Shown: positions 56,801-64,000 of the stretch, one piece after another | How positions within the stretch are numbered: the first letter of the stretch is position 1 | Layout of the letters: each line of letters opens with the position of its first letter | Virus record (IMG/VR): IMGVR_UViG_3300031992_000007 | Location: 192,001 to 256,000 of that record | Length of the DNA: 64,000 bases | Direction: 5' to 3' (one strand) | Source: a virus | Taxonomy: Duplodnaviria; Caudoviricetes | Notes under the pieces: model-generated | The model's database searches: none | What the model saw: only the letters and a program-made list of their open reading frames with translations | Told to the model about the DNA's origin: nothing | Program-made: the position numbers and the translations under genes

Positions 56801-57844
56801 TTACTTCGCCAGATCGGGGTTAGCCTTGTTACCCATGTTCGCAAGCGTCACCATCGTGTTCGCAGCGACCGACACCAGCGTGTTGTAGATGCCGATGTAC
56901 TGGTTGGCACGAGAGACGTCTTCCTTGCGAGTCTTCGCGAGCTCACCCGGAGCCTTCTTGGCTTCATCGGACGCACCATCAGCCTTAGCCGCATCTTCAG
57001 CAGCCTTGATAGCATCAGCGAACGCCTTGTCGACGCCACTAACAGCTTCCTTGGCCTTGGAGCCAATAGCGCATGCAGCGAAAGTCTTGGCGATACCGTC
57101 GGCCTGGGAAGCCCAGTCACCAACAGAGATCTCCTTCTTCTCGAACACAGTCGCGTAGTCCTCGGACTTCTCGATCTTGTTGCCCTCACCGAGCTTGAGA
57201 CCAGCAGCCTTCAGAACCTCAGCGGACGGAGCAGGGAAGGAAGCCTTAGCAGCCGCCTTCACGCAATCGAGGATCGCGTCAGCAGCCTTAAGAGCAGCAC
57301 TAACCTGCGCAGGCGAGAGCATCTTCGCCTTCTTGTCCTTGGGAAGGTACTTGAACACGCCCTTCTTCTGAGCCTCGTTGACGATACGAACAGCCTTGGC
57401 GTTCTTATCGAAGAGCTCCTTGAACCAGCGCTTGATCTTCGCCCAGAGATCCTTGAGGAACTGGACGAGCTTGCCCCAGTACTCCGAGAGCTTGCCCTCG
57501 AGGCCAGAGACATAGTTTTCCTTGCGGACCTTCTTAACAGCGGCACCGAGAGACTCAATCGCCTCGAGATCGAGGTTCTCGAGACCGAGAATCTGATCGA
57601 GCTCGTTACTGCCATTGAAGACGGCCATCGTAGTCGCCGTCACGCCGAACTTCTCGATCGACTCAACAGCGGACTTGCAGTTGTCCATCGCCATCTCAAC
57701 TTCGGCGACACGACCTTCGGCAGCAACGACCTGCTCGTACGCGTCGCTCAGACGGAGGTACGAATCAGTAAGCGCCTCGGTCGCAGCAGCGAAGTCGAAC
57801 TTGGAAGCGACAGGCTTCTGCGTAGAACCGATAGAATACTTCAT
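56801..57844 (-). CDS. Internal head protein paralogue
   Basis: MKYSIG start; GLE/AIES sites; YWGKLVQFLKDLWAKIKRWFKELF helix; similar to 55464-56789. Confidence 0.7.
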   Translation of the reverse strand: MKYSIGSTQKPVASKFDFAAATEALTDSYLRLSDAYEQVVAAEGRVAEVEMAMDNCKSAVESIEKFGVTATTMAVFNGSNELDQILGLENLDLEAIESLGAAVKKVRKENYVSGLEGKLSEYWGKLVQFLKDLWAKIKRWFKELFDKNAKAVRIVNEAQKKGVFKYLPKDKKAKMLSPAQVSAALKAADAILDCVKAAAKASFPAPSAEVLKAAGLKLGEGNKIEKSEDYATVFEKKEISVGDWASQADGIAKTFAACAIGSKAKEAVSGVDKAFADAIKAAEDAAKADGASDEAKKAPGELAKTRKEDVSRANQYIGIYNTLVSVAANTMVTLANMGNKANPDLAK

Positions 57845-57911
57845 TTTACTTGTATCCTTATTGTTGTTTGTGCTGACATGCATAAAATATAGTAGCTATG
57901 TACAGCACCGC

Positions 57912-59240
57912 TTAGGGTTGGTTGACATTAGGCACTTCAAACTTGGGTGAAGGAGGCTCCACAACATCCCACCCTTGTTTCGAATGGTACTGGAATTTGA
58001 ATCCCAGCAGTTCGAACATCCTGATGAACTTGAAAATATGCTCGTCACTTCCGTTTGCAGCTTTCACCACACTGTAGAGCAAGAACCTTAGATTTGAAGT
58101 GTTGATCAGCATATCACTGTTCTTCCAGATACAAGCACGAATGAAGTCCTGAACTTTACGTCCAACCTTGATGTCAGACAGATTGTCCAGCACATCCTGC
58201 CAGCTATCTGAGTCGGCAAGATCAATGACGGTGTTCTTCTTGGTCTCGGGTGGTTGTTTCGGTTCAGCAGGAGACGGCGTCTCTGCAGCAGGTTTCTTTT
58301 TCAGCATTTCACTAATACGGATGTCATTCCACCTAGATTGGATAATGTCAAATGCACTGTCTAATGATCTAGTCGGAAGACACACATACCTGTTGCACTG
58401 AAGACGCACCTTGCTCACATCATCTTTGTCAGTGTATAACTTGCAACCGAAGATCAGACCAATGTCATAATCCGATTGGGTTCTCTTAACAGTATCGGAG
58501 AGTGCTTTGATGAGATCGTTACCTGTCATCAAGTAGGTGTAGATGTCATTAGGACTAAATGGTTTCCTTGTGATTTGTAAACCATCTTCAATACCAGGCA
58601 CCTCGCCTATCTGCAAATCCTCAATGTTCTTCTTGATCAGGTAAACTGTCTTGCAGTTATCGTCGATAAAGACAATGGATAGCTTGGAGGTATCGAATGT
58701 CACTACCTCACAACATCCCTTCTTCAACGTCACGAAGTCGTTAGGATGTCGCATCTCTACTGGTGATACAGTGACCGTGAACTTACGATCATCAGGAATA
58801 GTTTCATCTTCCTCATTCTCATCAACACTGACAGCTTCCAGGTGCCTCTTGGCTTCTGACAAGGAAGGTTCTACTACATCAACCTCGAACCAGTATTGCG
58901 GCCAGCTAAGAGAACCTTGTTCCTGTTTGGACCAATATAGTCCGTACACTCTGCAGATAGGTGTTCCTTTAAGCTGTTCTTCTTTAAGATGAGCTATCGA
59001 ACCTTTGACCAAGTACAGGTCGTTAAGGTAGAAGTGGATCTTGGATCCCTTCTTGATATTGACATCTGTCGTGTAGTGCTTGATAATGAAAAGTCTGCGA
59101 TCCTGGGTGATAACTAGTCTAGCATGCGACATCAAGAACGACTCTGTTGTTACATCTCCTAGACCATATACTCTGGTATCAGGATTGTACGCTTTGACAT
59201 TAGCGACCCTAAGCTGGGCTCTGTGGGGATCATTAACCAT
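57912..59240 (-). CDS. Hypothetical protein, 442 aa
   Basis: AAGGAG RBS; long ORF. Confidence 0.65.
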   Translation of the reverse strand: MVNDPHRAQLRVANVKAYNPDTRVYGLGDVTTESFLMSHARLVITQDRRLFIIKHYTTDVNIKKGSKIHFYLNDLYLVKGSIAHLKEEQLKGTPICRVYGLYWSKQEQGSLSWPQYWFEVDVVEPSLSEAKRHLEAVSVDENEEDETIPDDRKFTVTVSPVEMRHPNDFVTLKKGCCEVVTFDTSKLSIVFIDDNCKTVYLIKKNIEDLQIGEVPGIEDGLQITRKPFSPNDIYTYLMTGNDLIKALSDTVKRTQSDYDIGLIFGCKLYTDKDDVSKVRLQCNRYVCLPTRSLDSAFDIIQSRWNDIRISEMLKKKPAAETPSPAEPKQPPETKKNTVIDLADSDSWQDVLDNLSDIKVGRKVQDFIRACIWKNSDMLINTSNLRFLLYSVVKAANGSDEHIFKFIRMFELLGFKFQYHSKQGWDVVEPPSPKFEVPNVNQP

Positions 59241-59311
59241 AGAAAACTCCTTTTTTCAAAAAAGAAAGAGAGGGGCACGGGCTCCTCTCTTCCACATATC
59301 GCGCTTCTTTG

Positions 59312-59938
59312 TTACGATGCATCCTGAGGATCAAGGACAGCACTGGCAGCCTTGTTGAAGATCATGCAGTTGTGCATAACCTTGAGAGCTGCGAAGTGAG
59401 ACTCCTTGTCGATATCACCACACAGTTCACCTATGACAGTGATTGGAGTATTCGGGAACGCCGCTCTCAACACAAGTGCATTAGACACAACACAGATGGA
59501 TGTGCAATAACCGCAAAGAACGATCTCTTCGATGTTCTCCTGGGTCACACAAGCATTGGATCTAATGATACTAACTAGCTGATCTGTGCCAAATGCCTCC
59601 TTCATGATCTGATGTCCACGTGGGATGTTCACAAAGTGCATTGCGTCAGTGGTACGGCTCAAACCTTCGATCAACCGATGACCTTCTGTTTTGATGATGC
59701 AGTGTTCAATTGGGAGGTTCTTACCTTCGTACGTTTCAGCGTACGCTGTGTGACAACACCCAGCATCCTTGCTCGGATAATGTGTGTCGAGAGTAGCGAA
59801 CATCGCATATCCGCGTTTACGACACTCATTAGCGAACTCGACGATCTTCTGGTGGTTAGGCTCCTCAGGGTAAGCATACGGAAGAGCGCCTCCCTTCACG
59901 AAGTCATTCTGAACATCGATGAATACGACAACTTTCAT
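59312..59938 (-). CDS. pncA: Nicotinamidase (isochorismatase family)
   Basis: IDVQNDF, D-T-H, HC, K and GYCTSICV catalytic motifs. Confidence 0.9.
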   Translation of the reverse strand: MKVVVFIDVQNDFVKGGALPYAYPEEPNHQKIVEFANECRKRGYAMFATLDTHYPSKDAGCCHTAYAETYEGKNLPIEHCIIKTEGHRLIEGLSRTTDAMHFVNIPRGHQIMKEAFGTDQLVSIIRSNACVTQENIEEIVLCGYCTSICVVSNALVLRAAFPNTPITVIGELCGDIDKESHFAALKVMHNCMIFNKAASAVLDPQDAS

Positions 59939-59949
59939 GTTGGTTCTCC

Positions 59950-60750
59950 TTATTGTGGGTTTACGACGTAGTTAGGATAATCCTCGAAGAGCACTCCGGG
60001 GATATCGATGATATCCGATTTGAACTTGTTCCACTTGTACTTCTCGTTGACGATCTTGACAACCTGTTCATCTACCACGGAAGCTCCGTAGCGAATGTAC
60101 TTGTCAACGTCGGCGTACTTGACACCAAGGTTGTCTTCGTCGGTTTTACCAGAGAGTCCATCGGCAGGTGTCTTGTCCACCAGATGAGCAGGAAGGCCCA
60201 GCTCATGTCCAATTTGAACAACCTCGGTTGCAGTAAGCCCACGCAGAGGAGCGAAACTTCCGGCTATATCACCGTACAAAGTTCCATATCCGAGTATAGA
60301 CTCACTGAGGTTACTGGTGTTGACGACTATGCCACCAACCGCCTGGGCAACGTAGTACAGCGTAGCCATACGTATCCTGGGCGGAAGGTTGGTATCAGCA
60401 ACAGTTAGTCTCATGCCCCTGATAACATCATTGGTGATGATCTGTTCTCTGAGGTTGTTAGCAGAGGGGCCGATGTTTACGGTTATCTTGTCGATACCGA
60501 GGGTATCTGCGATCTCGTGAGAGTCGTCGATATCCGGCTGATCCCCGCAGGGCATCAGAACACCAATGACGTTCTCCTCTCCGCGGTACTTGGCATAGAG
60601 TCCCGCAGCAACAGTGGAGTCCTTACCACCACTGATGCCAATGACCCATCTGGTATTCAGAGGGAGATTGTTCTTAACTCTCCAGAACTCTATTCCTGAA
60701 CAGATCTTGGTGATAGCTTCTTTTGGATTGAACTTAAACGGTTCTTTCAT
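59950..60750 (-). CDS. nadE: NH3-dependent NAD+ synthetase
   Basis: GISGGKDS, NLPPRIRMATLY, NTSNLSE..LGYGTLYGD and KTPADGL..TDEDNLG motifs. Confidence 0.93.
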   Translation of the reverse strand: MKEPFKFNPKEAITKICSGIEFWRVKNNLPLNTRWVIGISGGKDSTVAAGLYAKYRGEENVIGVLMPCGDQPDIDDSHEIADTLGIDKITVNIGPSANNLREQIITNDVIRGMRLTVADTNLPPRIRMATLYYVAQAVGGIVVNTSNLSESILGYGTLYGDIAGSFAPLRGLTATEVVQIGHELGLPAHLVDKTPADGLSGKTDEDNLGVKYADVDKYIRYGASVVDEQVVKIVNEKYKWNKFKSDIIDIPGVLFEDYPNYVVNPQ

Positions 60751-61939
60751 TTTGTTCTCCTTGTTTATAATGCGATGGGTGTTTGCGGTAGTTGTCATAG
60801 AGGAACAAGGCAGTGCACATCAGTGCAGGCATAGACTTATCCTCAGATTGATCCGTGTTGTAGGCCCTGCTGAACAACTCGTCGATGGAGTGTCTAGACA
60901 CTGACAACTTCTCGTGCTCGTCCAGGTGTTGTGGAACAGTTAAACGTTTCACTTCATCTAGATCGAGGAAGAAGTAGTGCATGTAGTTGGTCATAAAGGC
61001 AGGATTGGTAGGAACCTTGCCAAGGTAGACCAACTTATCGATGTCTGCAGCTACGATACCAGTCTCTTCTTCCAGTTCTCTCACCGCAGCCTTTGCTGGC
61101 GGTTCGTCACACTCGACCATCCCACACGGGAACTCAACGAATTCCTTCATGAGTCCATAGCGAAGCTGCTTGACAGTGACGAACTTGTCTCCATCCTTGA
61201 CCAGGATAGTTACCCAGTCGTTAGAACGGATTTTGACTGGTTTGAAGTCAAGCTCCTTAACGTAGCTCTGAGTAAGATCGAAGATGGCTGTCGAATAGAG
61301 CAACCTGTCCTCACCTGTTACACTGGAGATGTAATCTCCAACGTTGGAGAACTGCTGTCTGATCTTGGTTGCAGATACTTCATCGTACTTGGGATCGATA
61401 GAGATCTCTTCGTGTTCGATGTCAGCAACAGCTGGGTTGATAGGAAGATTCCCGCGTCTTACGACAACCAGCTTAGCTAGTTTAAGGATATCCTCCCAGT
61501 TCGTCCACATCTTGAACATGTTGAACTCATCAAGTCCAATAACTACCTTGAACTTTTTGGGTATCCTCTCGGTGCCCAGGAGACTACACGTCGACTTACC
61601 GCGTATAAACGAAATCAGACAGTCGATGAATCTTCTCCTGTGCTGGTAGACCTCTTTGAGGGCTTCGTCGTCAATCCTGTCGAAGTTCATGATCTCGCAT
61701 TCATCCACCATCCATCTATGGCAAGATAGGGTGGAGGTGTTCTTCATGATCCTGTAGATCGTGTGAATTCTTTCGACTCCAGTCAACCAAGGTTTCTTGT
61801 CAGCTCTATGCCAACAGACCACAGAAGGAACGATGGTCACGTGATCTGCAATACCTTGGCTGATGATCTCTTCTACGATCGCTCTGTGGGCAACAGTGAA
61901 CGGATCGGCTGTTACGCCGAATATGGCTTCTGTAAGCAT
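60734..61939 (-). CDS. nadD: Nicotinate-nucleotide adenylyltransferase fused to a C-terminal Nudix (ADP-ribose hydrolase-like) domain
   Basis: FGVTADPFTVAH (HIGH-like), VIGLD...W..W, SATKIR; Nudix box CGMVE..E....AAVRELEEETG. Confidence 0.85.
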   Translation of the reverse strand: MLTEAIFGVTADPFTVAHRAIVEEIISQGIADHVTIVPSVVCWHRADKKPWLTGVERIHTIYRIMKNTSTLSCHRWMVDECEIMNFDRIDDEALKEVYQHRRRFIDCLISFIRGKSTCSLLGTERIPKKFKVVIGLDEFNMFKMWTNWEDILKLAKLVVVRRGNLPINPAVADIEHEEISIDPKYDEVSATKIRQQFSNVGDYISSVTGEDRLLYSTAIFDLTQSYVKELDFKPVKIRSNDWVTILVKDGDKFVTVKQLRYGLMKEFVEFPCGMVECDEPPAKAAVRELEEETGIVAADIDKLVYLGKVPTNPAFMTNYMHYFFLDLDEVKRLTVPQHLDEHEKLSVSRHSIDELFSRAYNTDQSEDKSMPALMCTALFLYDNYRKHPSHYKQGEQNERTV

Positions 61940-62005
61940 GTGCACTTCCTTTCGGATATAAAAGAAAGAGGTAGAGTCATAAGACTCTACCTCCTCTGTA
62001 GTTTA

Positions 62006-63235
62006 CTATTCGTGTGTCAGGCGCCAGTCGATGGCGCGTTTGAGATACTCGACGTACTCGGCGTCTTTGCACATTCCCTTGCCTTCAACATCAGAGAGTT
62101 TGGCAACCGGCGATCCGTTGCACTCCGTGACTTTCATCACGATGTTGAGTGCATCGGGAAGTGGGTTGGACCAGAACGTTCCGATACCGAATGCGACCTT
62201 GCACTGATCTTCGAAGTGTTTCTTGATCTCGTGTGCTTTCTCCAAGTTCAAGCTGTCGCTGAACAAGAGAGTTTTGGTCTTAGGATCGATACCAAGGCTC
62301 TTATAGTGAGCGATGATCTTTTTACCCCACTTGAATGGGTCGCCAGAGTCATGACGAACGCCACTGAAGAGAGTTGCATAGGTCAGGTTGAAATCCCGAA
62401 GGAAGGCATTGGTCCCAATAGTGTCGGTGAGAGCAATGCCATTCAGGATCCCGTACTCCTTAACCCAAGCATCCAGTGCGTACCAGTTGGAGTAAGCAGG
62501 GTTGTGTTTGTGGTTACCCTGTCCAACACACATGATGAACTCGTGGGCTTGAGTGCCGACGGCTTTGAGGTCGTACTTGTGAGCCAGGTATACGTTGGAG
62601 GTACCCACGAACCCAGGAAGTTGACCCTCTTGTTTTGCGAACAGCAGTGCGCTGATCAAATAATCCTGCATTGCTCTCGAATACCTACGGCGCATTCCGA
62701 ATTCGGAGAATGTTCCGATGTCGAATACTTTATTCTTGCCAGATATCTGCAAGATGTGTTTCTCCGTAAGATTCTTGAACTCTTCGTTCTTCATGCCAGG
62801 ACCGTACTTGAACGCGAAGTACACTTCATTGACGATAGCCAAGATGGCGATCTCGTACATGGAAGTGTTGAGCCAAGTTCCACAGGCCTCTATACAGAGA
62901 CCGCAGTCGTTGTAATCATTGCCAGTTGCGCAGACGATGATCTCCTCACGACGAGGATGCCAATACCTCAGGAAGTCAAGGTAGTCCTTGTGTATCCACG
63001 GAAGATTGACCCCTAGCCACGTCAACTCAACTTCGGTGAACCTGAGGGTGCAGTAGTGTTTGATCTGTTCCCTGATCTCCTGAACCATCTCCTCGGTGAA
63101 CTTGACGTTCGGATTTCTACAACGGAACGACCAGCGAGTGGTGTAGTTGTTGAATTGGTGGAAGATGCACTGACCCATGCTGAACTTGTAAGCATCGGTC
63201 TCTAGAAGTGATTTGACGATAGGTTCTAACTGCAT
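62006..63235 (-). CDS. pncB: Nicotinate phosphoribosyltransferase
   Basis: LLETDAYKFSM, SEFGMRRRYS, GTSNV, GTQAHE, ALTDT, GVRHDSGDP, FSDSL, FGIGT and KLSD..GK motifs. Confidence 0.95.
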   Translation of the reverse strand: MQLEPIVKSLLETDAYKFSMGQCIFHQFNNYTTRWSFRCRNPNVKFTEEMVQEIREQIKHYCTLRFTEVELTWLGVNLPWIHKDYLDFLRYWHPRREEIIVCATGNDYNDCGLCIEACGTWLNTSMYEIAILAIVNEVYFAFKYGPGMKNEEFKNLTEKHILQISGKNKVFDIGTFSEFGMRRRYSRAMQDYLISALLFAKQEGQLPGFVGTSNVYLAHKYDLKAVGTQAHEFIMCVGQGNHKHNPAYSNWYALDAWVKEYGILNGIALTDTIGTNAFLRDFNLTYATLFSGVRHDSGDPFKWGKKIIAHYKSLGIDPKTKTLLFSDSLNLEKAHEIKKHFEDQCKVAFGIGTFWSNPLPDALNIVMKVTECNGSPVAKLSDVEGKGMCKDAEYVEYLKRAIDWRLTHE

Positions 63236-63267
63236 GATTTAATCCTTTCTGTACTTGATGGTGATAA

Positions 63268-63540
63268 CTACTTTTTGATCCACTCGTCACGTGTTTCTGA
63301 GATCAGTTGAGCAATGTCAACGGCCAGCTTCTTGTACGTCTGGTTCTCAAAACACATTCCGAGGAATTGAGCCTGCTTGGAATAAGCAGTTAGTGCTGCA
63401 ATTACACAGGCTCTTTCATCTGTACTGTCGGTATCGAGACGAAGTACAAAATACTTTCCACGCTTTACCTTGCCGGTCTTAGCGTCGAGTATCGTGTACT
63501 TGTTATAAAGACCTTCTGGTTTGGACTTAGGTTTGGGCAT
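63268..63540 (-). CDS. Hypothetical protein
   Basis: GLYNKY...YFVLRLD...AALTAY small phage protein pattern. Confidence 0.6.
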   Translation of the reverse strand: MPKPKSKPEGLYNKYTILDAKTGKVKRGKYFVLRLDTDSTDERACVIAALTAYSKQAQFLGMCFENQTYKKLAVDIAQLISETRDEWIKK

Positions 63541-63545
63541 TTGGG

Positions 63546-63968
63546 TTACCATTCCTTTCTTGGGTCGGTGAAACCAGGTGCGGGTTTCCAGCCAGGTGGG
63601 AACAGATCGAACTTCTTCTTAGGTGGCGTCCAAGGTTTGGCTAAGGAAGCTGGAGCTTGCCGGTCAGGAGTCTGTATACCATCCTTGAGAAGTTTAGCTT
63701 CGACGTCCTTCCTGAGCAGGAGAATAACTCTGGGGAGAGGTCCCCACGGAGTCGGTACGTCGTCACCGAAAGCAACTGACGTGTACTCCGCTTTGGGACC
63801 ATTTCCTTCGCTGTGTTCGATGCTGTGGGTAGGCCACAGTGTCTCGAACGGCGTTCTGGAGATATCGATAACGGGTCTGGGCTGCTGATCAGGATCATAG
63901 CCCAGCTCCTTAATCATATCCATCAGTTCAGCAGGCGAGTTGAACTTGTAGGGATTACCGTCACTCAC
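63546..63968 (-). CDS. Hypothetical Pro-rich protein, 140 aa
   Basis: GGAGG RBS before GTG. Confidence 0.55.
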   Translation of the reverse strand: MSDGNPYKFNSPAELMDMIKELGYDPDQQPRPVIDISRTPFETLWPTHSIEHSEGNGPKAEYTSVAFGDDVPTPWGPLPRVILLLRKDVEAKLLKDGIQTPDRQAPASLAKPWTPPKKKFDLFPPGWKPAPGFTDPRKEW

Positions 63969-64000
63969 CGGATACCTCCCTCAACTCGGGCAGGCGAGAT

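Noticed and set aside
1-64000. tRNA, rRNA, introns or transposases
   Set aside because: None recognised by eye; tRNAscan-SE and Infernal would be needed to exclude them.

Overview
A 64-kb segment of a nucleus-forming (phiKZ-like, Chimalliviridae-type) jumbo phage. It contains a non-virion RNA polymerase beta'-like subunit next to a chimallin-like shell gene, a UvsX/RadA-like recombinase, about 30 kb of tail/receptor-binding paralogues, internal head proteins and a four-gene NAD+ salvage operon (pncA, nadE, nadD-Nudix, pncB). The most striking feature is an apparent cassette-based variation system for a receptor-binding protein. Three intergenic arrays (42726-43269, 51017-51857, 54103-55384) hold 19 silent, mutually dissimilar cassettes with a 119-156 bp period. 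Each is bounded by AGGT(G)...GGCTCTCC and is stop-free in the same Gly...[R/W/G]-Leu-Ser frame. One cassette (51698-51857) is a 160-bp exact copy of the C-terminal segment of the 1412-aa tail protein (32595-32754). An Avd-like (DGR accessory) gene and a G-quadruplex-like motif lie just downstream of that target gene. No reverse transcriptase or site-specific recombinase was recognised in the window. All family assignments come from motif recognition by eye, not database searches.
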